A stretch of DNA of 64,000 nucleotides from Octopus sinensis (GCF_006345805.1 NC_043000.1:60946001-61010000), one strand, 5' to 3'. Numbered from the stretch's first letter, positions 13,496-28,494 are shown. The notes: generated by a model not told the origin, from the letters alone. Numbers and translations: made by a program.

Positions 13496-14749
13496 TATAA
13501 CCATCATCTTACTCCTGATTCTGACATATAAATGACATAACTCATAATATCATTACCAGTGTCAGTAGAAAATTAAAATACTTTTGTCATTATCCAGTTA
13601 GAGATTCTTTCACTAAGCATAAAGGATTCTTAGCCAAACTACTGGAGAAATCCATGTATCAGAAAAAAAGCCATAAAAAACCAAAAAGCAAAGCAAAAAA
13701 AAATCCTCTGAAAACCCAGAATAATTTAATGATTGCCTATTTACATTGAAAAAAAAGGGTATGTGGAGAAATTTTCTATCACTACAGATTACCAGGCTTA
13801 AAAATTGAAAGAATCGTTCTATTCCTCAGCACAGGTAAAGTAAGCAGGGAGATAATATTGTCTACTTTTGAATTGTAATTAATAGCTGTCATGATAAACA
13901 GGTGGTGTATTTTGTCCATTTGGTTCTGCTTACTATTCTCTTAAAATAATTGGTTGAATACTATTCTAAATCTCGTTTGTTGTTCCTTTATTTATCAACG
14001 AACATTTCAAATTTGTTTAATTATTTTGTGTTTCTATGTCTACTAACTACTACTACTAATACTAATACTACTGCTGTTAAAGGTAAGAATGACTATTTGA
14101 TATACAATACTACTATTACTATAATTACGGAGCTGAATATACCTTTCTAATATATTTTGACTGATGATTGAGAGAGAACTAAATCATGTGAATCTATGGA
14201 GGAAGGAAAAAAAAAATGAAGGAAAGAAAAACTCAAAATGAATAGAAGACCGTAAGTGCGCTGTACAATGACGAAATCGAAATTCCCCTATTGTCATCTG
14301 TAATCGGAAAGACATGTGAAAAGTAGAGTAAGATGCTTATTCTGGCAGCACATCTTTGGAGGGAGTGGGGACTTAGTGGGAGGTAAATAAAAACAGGCAT
14401 TTATCCCACAGTAATTTTCCAACCCACCAAAAATCCAACAAGAAATATGGATCTTTGGATTGAAATTACTGATTGAAATTACTGCCTCACTCCATCTGTC
14501 TGTATGTATACCTACCTATCTATTTATCTGTCTATCTATCTATTCTGTAGATGTGTGTATGTGTGTGTGGTTGCATATATGATTATGTATGTGTGTGTGT
14601 ATATATATATATTGCTTAGGCATAGAACTCAATATACATATGCTTCAAAAAATGGCATTAAACAAATAAAAAGTATAATAAGAAATTATATAAATGAAAT
14701 TGTGTAATGAATTTCATTATCTTACACCTGTTACTTCTAGAAGATGCAT

Positions 14750-15820
<1,071 letters not shown>

Positions 15821-16197
15821 GTAATTAGGATATTATGACAGTACTTAAGAGGAAAGGATACTCTGACCAATACATATTTGAATCAAAAAAGAATAAGCAC
15901 TTCAGTATGAATAATAAATTAAGCTGGTTCCCATACATAAATACATACACTAATATACATACTCCACATAACCTAATTCACTATCACACACACTACACTA
16001 CACTACACAGGTCTGGCACCGAAATAAATACACTTCACTTCGAACCGGCAGAAAAGCTAGTAGAGAAACACATTTAGTTAAATAAGAAGGTGTATAAATA
16101 TTTAGATAAGGATGAAGTTGGTAGGAATAACAGGCAGGGAGAAAAACGAGCAAGTGGATTTAGAAAGGATACAGTATAGTAGTTGATAAGGAGGTAC

Positions 16198-16230
<33 letters not shown>

Positions 16231-16244
16231 CATATATATATTAT

Positions 16245-16281
<37 letters not shown>

Positions 16282-16717
16282 CTATATATATATATATATA
16301 TATACATATATATATTCTATATGTATATGTACATATACACACACATATATACACCTTTGCATTAAAATATATATGAATGCCACAGTCATATGTATGTACA
16401 TACATGCATGCATGCATACATACAAACTTACATACATGCATACTAACAAATATACATACATATACACATTCATGTATATGTACATATATGTTCTTAGATT
16501 TTTCTGTTACAACTATTCCGGCAAATTTACTTTATTTCTCTTCCATTTTCTTTGAAATTTCTTTCATGTTTTCTGTGTGTATAATCATTTTATCCATTTA
16601 TCCATTTCATTACCACACCTTTTACCTGCTTTTCCTTAAACACTTCCCTATGCACACACGTGTGTGTGTGTGTGTGCATGTGCATGTGTGTGTGTGTATA
16701 AATATCCATTACCATAC

Positions 16718-16756
<39 letters not shown>

Positions 16757-17504
16757 TATAATATATAATATATATATATATTTATAGCTGTATGTATGGA
16801 TGGATTGCTTCCTTCTCCAGGTCTCAATCATCTTGGGACACTGTCTTCAAATTTGATTGTATTATGAATTTCATCAACCTGTTTCTGTATGTATGCATGC
16901 ATATATGAATTTATGTATATATATATATGTAATTGCATGTATGCATATGTATTATACATGTATGCATGTGTTTGTGCACAAATAAATTGTAAGACAGGTC
17001 CCTATGTTGTTTCTAGGTTATTGTTGTTGTTCCTCTCCAAGTCAGTTCTGACTATCACATCTTGTTTGAGACAATGGTGTATCTAGTACTACATTAACTG
17101 GGGGTATTATTTTTTCCTGAAAATTGTAAGTGCTTGATGTGTATGTGAGAGAGAGAGAGAAAGAGAGAAGGATTTGGTTGCTTTTTCTAGCATGTTGAGC
17201 CAGCAACCACTTAGAGGTTCCCTCATTAACACATATTTACCTTCCCTCACTCTTTTAGGTTGACACACCAGCAAAAATAAAGGCAGGCAGTTCGATGGGT
17301 ATGGCACGTAGGTAGAGAGTCGTTTCCTTGTTATGTTAGGGAAGTAGGGTAGGTGAGTAGATAGGTAGGTGAGTAGATAGGTAGGTGGGTAATTATGTGG
17401 TAACATAGAGATACATTAATGGATGGAGTGGTAAGAAAAATAAATGCCAGTAAAATATTTAATGAAAATTGTAGAGAAATAAAACAAAATTGACCATGTA
17501 ACTA

Positions 17505-17841
17505 CATTATATATACATACATATATATATATATGTGTGTATTGTGTGTGTGTGTATCTGTGTGTATATATATATATATGAATGTATATGCATATATATA
17601 TATATATATATGTATGTATATATGTATATATGAATGTATATATATATATGTATGTATGTATGTATATATATATATATGTATGTGTATGCATATATATATA
17701 TATGTATGTGATGTATATATATATGTATATATGAATGTATATATATGTATGTATGTATATATATATATGTATATTATATATATATATATATTATATGTAT
17801 GTATATATATATATATGTATGTATGTATATATATATGTATG

Positions 17842-17890
<49 letters not shown>
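17505..17890. repeat. Compound (TA)n/(TATG)n microsatellite
   Basis: Direct reading. Similar arrays at 16190-16490, 20280-20690, 20990-21275, 21420-21600, 23320-23640, 23960-24175, 55070-55252, 57080-57140 and 62382-62452. Confidence 0.97.
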
Positions 17891-17892
<2 letters not shown>

Positions 17893-18274
17893 GTAACATG
17901 ATTAAGAACCAAGATAGTTGGTGTTTCTTTCTTTCATGTATATTTTTTTCCAACACTATCAACAACTACCAATCTCAAAACATTAGTAAGAAAATGTGAT
18001 TTATTTACTTGTTCTGGTGGAATCTGTTGTGCGTTAGCTGGAGGGACTTTCCGCTCCATGCTGTGTGAGATAAATACTTTACACAGGCAAACTTCTTTCT
18101 AGCCCTGATTTCTTCAGCAATAAATGGAGTGATGATTGTTGATGTATTGTTGTTGTTGTTGCTGTTTTTCTTGTTCTTGAGGATTTTGATTTTCGTTGCT
18201 GCTGGTTTTGGTGTTGTTCTTGTTATTATTGTTGTTAGTGATGATGTCCCTTTGCTAACTCAAATTTTATCCTT

Positions 18275-18319
<45 letters not shown>

Positions 18320-20316
18320 TAAATATATTATAATTAATGAATTTCTTTTAGAATTTTTTTCTTTTGTCTTTCTCTTACTTTACTGGACCTGATACTATGC
18401 TAACAAACACCGGTTTTTTTAAGCATGTAAGTTCTTCAGATAAAGGAAAATCCTACACCCTGCTTGGCTGCTGTTGATTCTTTCATGAACAACTAGCTAC
18501 CTTCTTTTGTTGCTGCTAGTTTTCCAGTTTTTTCTTTGAGTCTGTTGTTTCTTCCTTAGTTTCACTTTCTATTCACATGTTAGACTGGTATTAAACCAGA
18601 AGCAAATTTTTGATTCAAAAGAGAATTTCTGATTATCTAGCTGATATATTTATAAATATTTGTATTCAGAATCAGATTCAATCTGTATCACTCTGTGTTC
18701 AATGTACACATATATATATATACATATATAAAAATATATTACAAATATATATGTGCGTGTATGTATATGTGTGTTTATATCTATGTGTACCTGTTAGTCT
18801 GCTTGATATGTTGACGAAAATGTAATTACCGAAAAGAATAGCATCAATTAAGAAATCCTTTCCGGAACTTTCAGCAACCACTGTTGTTCCTTTCTATATC
18901 TGGGAGTGTCTTTTCTTTGCTTTTCTTTTTCCCTTTCTTCTTTTTCTTCTTCTTTTCCCTCCAGAAAGGAAGTGATCAGTGCGAAAGCTGTGTATAGATT
19001 TGGTGAAGGATTTTCGCCATTAAGTCAGCATTCCAGTGATAGGAATGCCTGCTATTCCAGTAACCAGAAATAGTTATCTGGGAAGGTGGGTGAGAATTAT
19101 TGAGAAATAATTAAACATAATTAAATTATGATGCACTCTTGTAAATCCATTCCTATAGTGTTGCTGTTGTTGCTGCTGTGTTTGTTCCGACTGCTACTAT
19201 TGCCACTACTGTTGCTGCTACTGCTGCTGCTTCTGCATCTGTTATTGCTGCTGCTGCTGTTGTTGTTGCTATTGCTGCTGATAGCTGCTGGAATCGAGGG
19301 TGAAGGAGCTGGTTGACTGATCAAGTCCTCAGTGGACTGGAAAAACATAAATTATTGAGCTTCTCACAACAGACAACAGGAGGCAGGAATGATTCAACTG
19401 CCGAGTTGCTTAGCAACAAGAAGCTGTAACATCAAGCAAGCAGAGGAGAATGTCACCATAATCAAAGGCAAGACAGGAGTGAAAGATATTGAGGCCAGGT
19501 TTCCGTATATGTCTCTTTTTTCACAGGCAGAAGCATAGCATACAATAGTGATGCTCAGTTTTATGTGTATGCATCTGGATGAATAAGTATGTATAATACA
19601 TATACTTATACATACATACATACATACATATATGTGTGTGTGTATGTATGTATCTTGGCAGTATTCAGCCTTTTGTTTATATTACAAAGAAATAATTGAT
19701 TTCAAGACAGTTGCTTTTAAGAACAAACATACTCATTTGCAAACACAAACAGGCACACACATATACAAACACACACACACACACCAACACTTGCACTTAC
19801 ACGGTTGTATTTCTTTTATCAGCGAAAGAGAAGAAAAAGCACACAAATAAAACTAGAAATATGAAAATGAGAAAAACAAAAAATAAAAAAAAATTGGTTT
19901 TCATGTAGGGATCACTTAGTCAGCAAGAGAATATAGGAATAATTTCTAGCTAAAGCCTTTAATTAATTTGCATGTAACCTGCTGATTTGCATAATAACAA
20001 CATTATAAACACTTATTCCGTATACATAAACACATGCATAACATGTAGCAAACTGATGTATGAAAGATATTGTGTTTATATATATATATATATATATTAA
20101 GAAACACATACACATGCACACACACACACCCACATGCACTCACACACACATATATACACATATGCAAATATATATCTATGTGTGTGTGTATGTGCACGTG
20201 TGTGTATACGCACTCACATTCATACTCACATGTATACTTTCATATGAATGAAAGTATCAGTTGCACTATAGGTATCAGAGTTAGTTTATGCATTTATATA
20301 TACAAGTATATGTATG

Positions 20317-20350
<34 letters not shown>

Positions 20351-20437
20351 TGTATGTATGTATGTATGTATGTATGTATGTATGTATGTATGTACGTACG
20401 TATGTATGTATGTGTAAGTATATATGGGTGTGTATGT

Positions 20438-20470
<33 letters not shown>

Positions 20471-20542
20471 TTTATGTGTGTGTATATATATATATATATG
20501 TATGTATATATATACATGTATATATGTTTGTATGTGTATTCG

Positions 20543-20575
<33 letters not shown>

Positions 20576-21118
20576 TGTCTTTATGTATATGTACATATAT
20601 TTATGTATATATGTTTGTATGTGTGTACACACACACACACACACTATATATCTATATATATATATATATAATATATAATAATATGTATAATGTGTAATTG
20701 AGAAGAGAATAAAATAGATTTGGTTAAACTTTTTATTGTAACATCTTTGCTGAATGCTTTATTTTATTTTGTTCTCAGCTATAAACTCTGTAATATATTC
20801 AAATGTTTATAATTCTAAATGAAAATCTTAGAACAAATTATATTTAATAATCTCATTTGAAGTTAGATATACATGGATTCATATGAGGTTTGTTAGTTCT
20901 AAGCAATGGTTAACTGTTAAGATATCTCATTTGAAAGAGCAACTTTTTAATGTCCGTCTGTCCGTCCCGTCCATCCATCCAGCCATCCATATGTATGTAT
21001 ATATGGTATATATGTAGGTGTGTGTGTATGTGTGTGTGTGTATATATATATGTGTATGTATATATATATATATATGTATATGTATATGTGTATGTACATG
21101 TATATGTATATGTGTATG

Positions 21119-21171
<53 letters not shown>

Positions 21172-21469
21172 GTGTATGTATGTATAAATATATGTATGTG
21201 TGTATGTTTGTATGTGTATATATATATATATATACACCATACATATATATATTATATACATTATATATATATATAAAATTTTATGTATTAATAAGTCTGT
21301 CCTTGTGGTTTTGCAAAATAGTGGTTTTGTCTCGAATATATTTTAATTATTTTACTATAAAATCGATTTAATCCGAAATCTGATTTTCCCTGTAAAATTT
21401 GGATTTATTCCCTATATTTATTATATATTATATATATATAATGTATATATATATTATATGTGTATATAT

Positions 21470-21513
<44 letters not shown>

Positions 21514-21704
21514 TCACACCACACACACACACATATATGTATATATATATGTATGTATGTATGTATGTATATATATATAAATATGCACACGCATACACAT
21601 ACACACATTGTTTTACAATACATACTAGTGTATATTTGTAATAAAGATGCATATATATTTTCTTATGCTTATCTATTTAAAATGTAAGATATTTGTCTTT
21701 TCAG

Positions 21705-21758
21705 TGCGTAAGATACATAGCTATTATATAGACGAACTAGCTATGGAACCACACTGTG
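21705..21758 (+). CDS. Candidate internal exon (phase 1-1), xRKIHSYYIDELAMEPHC
   Basis: Acceptor atttgtcttttcag, donor GTAAGT, 54-nt open frame in unique sequence. No homology recognised. Confidence 0.45.
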
Positions 21759-21943
21759 GTAAGTTTGATATACAACGTATGGTAAGACATATCCATGCAA
21801 ATCACATCTTAGAAAATGGGATGAATCATTGAATAACTTGGCTATAGATTTCCTTCCTGAAAAATTATAGATGGTCATTGCTAGAATTTCTTTGACTAAA
21901 GGTCAGCTTGATCTGCACATAATTAAGCTAAATTACAACTAAC

Positions 21944-21985
<42 letters not shown>

Positions 21986-22131
21986 ACACACACACACCAC
22001 ATTGGTCCATATATTACATGCATATTTAGTACTTCTTAATTTAGTTACTGTATTACTAAAATAATAGTAAGTGTTTGAGATGAATAAATGTATGGTAACC
22101 ATATGTATGTGATTAAGTATTCTCATTTCAG

Positions 22132-22139
22132 TTACTACA
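22132..22139 (+). CDS. Candidate 8-nt microexon
   Basis: Acceptor tattctcatttcag, donor GTATGT. Frame is preserved only together with the 16-nt exon. Confidence 0.25.
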
Positions 22140-22560
22140 GTATGTTTAAATGTACATTTATTTATGGATATGTGAATGTGTTTGTTTTTTTTTTCTACAC
22201 ATAGACACATGCATAACACATACACATTTGCATACAGACATATGTATAACATAAATATAAAGCATACTCTAACGCATGTATACATACATATGTGTGTGTG
22301 TGTGGAGGCGCAATGGCCCAGTGGTTAGTGTAGTGGACTCATGGTCGGAAGATCGTGGTTTCGATTCCCAGACCGTGTGGATGTATGTTCACATATGTGT
22401 CTGTGTTTCTCTATACTGATAAAAGTATTTATTTTACTAAAGAGAGGTAATTCACTAAAAATAGTTTAACTCAGCCATTTGATAAACAGAGAATGCTAAA
22501 ATTAGTAGATTAAATATTGTGGATGATACAGAATAATTGATTAAAATTTTTGTGTTACAG

Positions 22561-22576
22561 TCTAATGATGATTTTA
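22561..22576 (+). CDS. Candidate 16-nt microexon (SNDDF)
   Basis: Acceptor tttttgtgttacag, donor GTAAGA. Confidence 0.25.
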
Positions 22577-22771
22577 GTAAGAAGAATAAATGAATAGGAA
22601 TAAAAGAATAATGTAAATAAAAGAATAATGTTTTTGTGTGTGTGTACAGGTGTGCAGTCCATGTGTGTGTGTGTGTGTGCATTTATATTTTATATTTATA
22701 TTGGATATTTTATATTTTATCTAGTTTCAATTCACGAGCTGTGGCCATGTATTTGTGTGTATGTGCATGTG

Positions 22772-22806
<35 letters not shown>

Positions 22807-22872
22807 GGTGTGTGTCTGTGTGTGTCTGTGTGTGTCTGTGTGTGCGTGTTTACATCTTTACATTTGTGCATG

Positions 22873-23080
22873 TCCCCCACCACCACCACTTGACAACCAG
22901 TGTTGGTTTATTTACATTTCTGAAACTTAGCAGCTCAGCTAAAACTGTGATTGACAGAATAAGTATCAGGCTGAAAAAAAAACTATTATTAATGGGGGTC
23001 ATCTTGTTTGATTACACCCTTCAAGTTGATGTTCCAATATGGCTACACCCAAGTAACTGAAACAAGAAAAAGAGAAAAAA
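22873..23080 (+). mobile_element. SINE family A 3' half
   Basis: cttgacaaccagtgttggt...actgaaacaagaaaaagag. Confidence 0.72.
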
Positions 23081-23460
23081 GGCACACACATACACACACA
23101 CACATGCACACATGTATGTGCAAGATACCTAATTCATGACCAGTTCATCTAAGAACTAGGACAGATCGTCATTGATGTAATCAGATGATGCCTTGTCCAG
23201 ACCCAGCAGGAGTTGATCAGATTCTGGCTTGTATTGCAACAGCAACAGTCCAAGGATCAACTCTTAATCCAAAGCTACCTTAAAGTTTTTCCTGCAGCTT
23301 CAGTTGCGGATTAAATGTCAGTGTGTGTGCTTGTGTGTGTGTGTGTGTCTGTGTGTGTGTGGGTGTGTGTGTACACATACACTCACATATGTATATATTG
23401 TATACACACACACCACACATGTAATATATATATATAATCCTACATACATGTATATATAAT

Positions 23461-23496
<36 letters not shown>

Positions 23497-23572
23497 CTCC
23501 ATACAATATATATATATTATATATATATAACACATATATATACATGCATATATATATACACATACATACACA

Positions 23573-23622
<50 letters not shown>

Positions 23623-23704
23623 ACACCACACACATATATATCATCAGTAAATCATAAATCCCAAAAAGAAGTTCATATCAAGTTATACAGTAGTAGAGTA
23701 TATT

Positions 23705-23899
23705 GATAAAAATAGATATGGTGGTCTATGGGGTTACCCTAGGTTTCACATCCATAAATCTCACAACTTTACAGCGTTTCTTCAGATCCTAAATCCCATT
23801 GGCTTATGGGTTTTAGCATTGAAGAAACGCTGAAAAGCCGAACATTTCTGGATGTGAAACCCAGGGTAACCCCATAGACCAGCCATGTCTATCTTTATC
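23705..23899. repeat. 195-bp foldback (near-complete palindrome), MITE-like
   Basis: Outer arms and inner arms (cagcgtttcttca/tgaagaaacgctg; ctaaatcccat/atgggttttag) pair around a 6-nt loop. Confidence 0.85.
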
Positions 23900-24005
23900 T
23901 ATCTGTCTGTATGTGTCTGTCTGTCTATCTTTTGAAGAAAACCAACAAATTGAAAATTTGTAGCTTATGTATATATGTATATATATATATATTATATATA
24001 TATAT

Positions 24006-24072
<67 letters not shown>

Positions 24073-24459
24073 TTATTACATATATATATTTTATTATACA
24101 TACATATATATTTTATATATTTGTGTACACACACACACACACACACACACACACCACACACACACACACACACACTCAGGCTTGTATTATTGCAGATAAA
24201 ATTATAAATCAAAAATATAGAAATGGCCTCATAAATATTTCAGGTATTGAAAATACCAGAGAAGCAAAGTTTGACCTTATAATGAAAAAAAAAAGTAAAT
24301 AAATGATAATTATAATATATGACAAAATAATACAAAAGCAACAGTATACACTGTTCATACCACCTACTGGCTCAAACTGTTAAAAGTTCAGTCTCCTGTG
24401 ACTGCAGCAGTAACATGAAAAAAAAATATGCTTAACTTGCAATGGTTCTGTCTACTTAG

Positions 24460-24563
24460 TTGTTAAAAAATGCTATGGTGCAAGGTGCAGTTCATCAATA
24501 CAAGTGACTGTACAATGGATAAGTATTTTACTGTTGCTATTGTTCTGGTTAATGAAAGAATAA
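24460..24563 (+). CDS. Candidate terminal exon encoding a GPI-signal-like C-terminus (VKKCYGARCSSSIQVTVQWISILLLLLFWLMKE*)
   Basis: Branch-like CTTAAC at 24431, acceptor gttctgtctacttag, phase 1 entry, small-residue SSS then a hydrophobic tail, AATAAA overlapping the stop. Confidence 0.42.
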
Positions 24564-24589
24564 AAGTGCATATATATCTTACATTTTTT

Positions 24590-24890
24590 TCTATTACTTG
24601 TTTCAGTCATTGGACTGCAACCATACTGGGACATTGCCCTGAGGGGGTCAGTCTAACATATAGACCCCAGTTTTTATTTTTAAGTCTGGTACTTATTCCA
24701 TTTGTCTCTTTTGTTGAACTGCTCAGTTATGATGATGTATACAATCCAACACTAGTTCCTGTCTACCCAATTCATTCATAAAGCATTGGTCAGCTTTGGG
24801 CTGTAGTAGAAGATACTTGCAGGAAGTACTGCATACTGGGACTGAACCCAAAACCACGTGGTTGCAAATTGGACTTCTAATAACACAGCT
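24590..24890 (-). mobile_element. SINE family A copy (diverged)
   Basis: Tail ttacttgtttcagtcattggactg and head gaacccaaaaccacgtggttg are recognisable. Confidence 0.8.
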
Positions 24891-25872
24891 CAATGTTGCA
24901 AAAGCACTGCAGCATAGTCTCTGTAGTGGCCAAAGCTAGTTGAAGGGAACTTCTTATTTAGTACATTCTGGATAAAAATGCCAGTGAGGTCACTCACATC
25001 AGTACTGTCAGCTGTTCCCAATCGCTACTTTGAAGGTGCATATCAGGTCAGTTCATCTGGCAAAAGCTCTTATCCATTGTTGAAGATTAAGGTTTTTCGT
25101 TCATGTACAATGATGTCTATGCCTTCATTCTAATCTCAGTGTAGGCCCTAGTGAGCTCCAGCGCCCCATATATGTAATCCCTTGATATAAAAAGTCCACT
25201 GTATCAAATTGGGTAAAACTTGCTCTACCTACCAGAGTACAATATCAAGTGGAAAGTACTGGAGTGGTGCAAACCTTATTTTAGTGGCAGTAGAAGGTGT
25301 AGGCTCTGCTTTGCAGAGAAAAGAGTTATACTAGAGAACTATATTTACCCAGACGCCTGCTTGAACTGTAAAAATGAATTTTTCTGATCCTACTCCTATG
25401 AATGCAGATATAACCTTGGATACTGGTAGACTGCACCATGAATATAAACATTATAGCTTCTATCATTGGGATATCCCTTCACCACAATCTGTGAGTTTGA
25501 CATAAAATTTTCTTCACCAAGCTTTATGTACAAACACACATAATCATGTGGGAATGTATCTTTATGTATATACAAACATGTACATAGCCACATATGATTT
25601 TAAGACTGACACTTCTCCCATCTGCACTTCCTTCACCCTCTGCATACAACGCATCAATCCTATCATACCCTCATCCCATCCTCAACTCCACTTAGAGGCA
25701 ATTATCACATACATCATGATGGTATTTTCTTGGACCCTACTGAAGGGACATAACTCTAATGAATAAAAGTATCCTCACTGGGTTTTTTCCCCAGGTTTTT
25801 TTTATGACATCCATAATACTGGACATGGCATTTTCTGCTCTTCATTGGCACCTTACTCAGTAAGGACCTTAC

Positions 25873-25945
25873 CAGTCCTTCTGATGAGTGCTGAGATTGG
25901 TTTTCTCAAACTGTCATGTATGAAACTGATTAGTAAAATCGACTG
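25873..25945 (+). ncRNA. Type I hammerhead ribozyme motif, partly degenerate
   Basis: CAGUC(C)UU-CUGAUGA-GUGC...GUAU-GAAAC-UGAUUA-GUA-AA(AUC)GACUG; weak helix II containing G.U pairs. Confidence 0.5.
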
Positions 25946-26030
25946 AACTGGGTCTATGATACTATTTATATAAACACGCACACACACACGTGATTTACTG
26001 ATGGATGAGTTTCTTTCAACCAGCTTTTTT

Positions 26031-26422
26031 TTTTTACTTGTTTCAGTCATTTGACTGCGGCCATGCTGGAGCACCGCCTTTTGGTCAAGTAAATCGACCC
26101 CAGGACTTATTCTTTGTAAGCCCAGTACTTATTCTATCAGTCTCTTTTGCTGAACCGCTAAGTTACGGGGATGTAAACACACCATCATCGGTTGTCAAGC
26201 AATGGTGGGGGGACAAACACAGACACACAAACATATACACATATACATATACATATATACGATGGGCTTCTTCCAGTTTCTGTCTACCAAATCCACTCAC
26301 AAGGCTTTGGTCGACCCGAGGCTATAGTAGAAGACACTTGCCTAAGGTGCCACACAGTTGGAATGAACCCGGAACCATGTGGTTGGTAAGCAAGCTACTT
26401 ACCACACAGCCACTCCTGCGCC
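26031..26422 (-). mobile_element. tRNA-derived SINE family A (CORE-like, internal microsatellite), near full length
   Basis: Head ggcgcaggagtggctgtgtggtaag with B-box-like ggttca; internal (TA)/(TG) tract; tail ...gactgaaacaagtaaaa. Many related copies in the window. Probably one of the described octopus OK/OR SINE families; the exact name was not determined. Confidence 0.9.
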
Positions 26423-27332
26423 TATGTGTATATTAAAAATAAATAAAATAGTTGCTTCATTTTTCATTATCAAAAGTGCACAGTTTGCCGAGCAATCAAT
26501 GGATTTGTGATGGCTGGTAAGCAAGTGGTGGCATTTTGTCATGGTCATGTTCTCTTTCACATGGAATTGTCATCAGATTTGAAATGAAACATCAACAACC
26601 TGGAGAGAAAACCAGGTCACTATGAAACCTGTTACACATGGAATGCAGATGTGTAGTTATGAATAACTATAAATGTACATATAAAGAAAGACAGATATTG
26701 ATTTATTAAGTTTACTAAAATATGTTGAAGGCATGAGCGGATGAAGTTAGTTCTGAATATGTAGCAGATGTTATAAAGAATTCTCAGTTAGGCCTAGATT
26801 AAGAAAGGGGCCCTAATTTAAAAACCCAGCTATTTTATCATTATAATTCTGTGTATTTGAAGGACCAATATATATAGGTATATATATTTTATATCAGTAT
26901 GGGTTGTGGTTGGTATTAGGAAGAGCGTCAAGCTATAGAAATAATGTCTGTTGTCTTGTGATCCATCAAAAGGGTAGTAATTCTAAACGAGAAATGATTT
27001 GAGCCATGATGGCCGGTCCAATCTATGGTAACATGGAAAGCGGACACAAAATTATGACAACAATGATGATGCTGGTGATAATGATGATGATGAAATTTCA
27101 TTACTTTGTTCATTTTGTTAAAGATTTCGGTTATGTTTTCAAATTCATTCCATTGTTAAGATTGTTAAAAGCATAAAGCTCACACATGTCCAGAAAAGTA
27201 AATTCATATTATAAATTTTTGATGTAATTCAGTTACTCATATAACTAAACAGATTGAATAGGGGACAACCACTGAGAGATAGGTGAATTAGAACCTACTA
27301 CTAATAATATTATCCAAAATACTTAACAGCTG

Positions 27333-27955
27333 TGTGTGTAGCCATAGCTGTTTGGTAAGAAGCTTGCTTATCAGCCTTATGGTTTTGGGTTCAGTCCCAC
27401 TGAATATTACCTTGGGTAAGTGTCTTTTATTATAGTCCTGGGCTGACCAAAGTATTGTGAGTCGATCTGGTAGATGGAAACTGAAAGAAGCCCAGCAAAA
27501 AATTGTAATGATCTTTTTGATGTCAACTCATAAGGAATTAGGTACGAATTCCATTTGTTATGCTTTTGTCAGCTTTTCTATTTGTTATGTTTTTGTTAAA
27601 TTTTCCATTTGTTATATTTTTACTAAATCTTTGAAATCTTATAAATATATATATATATACATGCACACACACACACACACACGTGTGTGTATATGTATGT
27701 GAGTGTATGTCTTTGTATTTGTGTTTGACTCTCACCACCACTGCCTGACAACCATTGCTGGTTTGTTTCTGTCCCTGAAACTTAGCAGTTTAGCCACAGA
27801 GACTGATAGAACATGTACCAGGTTTAAAAGCAAAAACAAAAAAAAAAAAAATTTACTGGGGTTGGTTTGTCTGACTAAACCATTCAAGGTGGTGCCCCAG
27901 CATGGCCACAGTCCAATGACTGAAACAAGCAAAACATAAAAGATAAAAGAAAAGA
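27333..27955 (+). mobile_element. SINE family A copy with expanded interior
   Basis: Head at 27333-27490, 3' half at 27715-27955. Confidence 0.78.
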
Positions 27956-28356
27956 TGAAACCTCAAAATCCCCTGACACTCCCAACAGCCCTTGTTCAAC
28001 TCATCATCATCTCTTCTGCTCCTCAACATAAACTGAACTTTATCAGTGTCCATTGACCTACTACCTATATGTCACTACAATTATATCCCTGCCCACTTCT
28101 ACTGATTTCCTTATATTCTAGACATACTATCAATGCACTTCTCACATGTTTTCCCCCACCCATTCTCACTCTCCTCCCACTTTCTTCTCCCTTTTTTCAG
28201 TATCATTTTCTCCCCACGCCATCCTGTGTTGTATACTCTCACCCTTAGTTGTAAACTATTTTTCCTCTCTCAAACTCTCAGATAAAACAACAGCTTTGAA
28301 ACATCAAGTTCCTTTTCTGTGTATAGCCTATGAACTTATCAAAGTCATGATATTTG

Positions 28357-28359
<3 letters not shown>

Positions 28360-28401
<42 letters not shown>

Positions 28402-28435
28402 AATGATAATAATAATAATAATGAAAATAATAATA

Positions 28436-28482
<47 letters not shown>

Positions 28483-28490
28483 AATAATTA
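28360..28490. repeat. (AAT)n/(GAT)n microsatellite
   Basis: Direct reading. A second (AAT)n array lies at 29252-29392. Confidence 0.97.
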
Positions 28491-28494
28491 TAAT

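Noticed and set aside
24950-25380. Possible decayed CR1/L2 LINE fragment on the minus strand
   Set aside because: Only a short weak resemblance (SDWEQL...); too degraded to support.
27960-28330. Possible Penelope-like 3' remnant with a decayed ribozyme
   Set aside because: Core nucleotides are missing and the protein similarity is not demonstrable.
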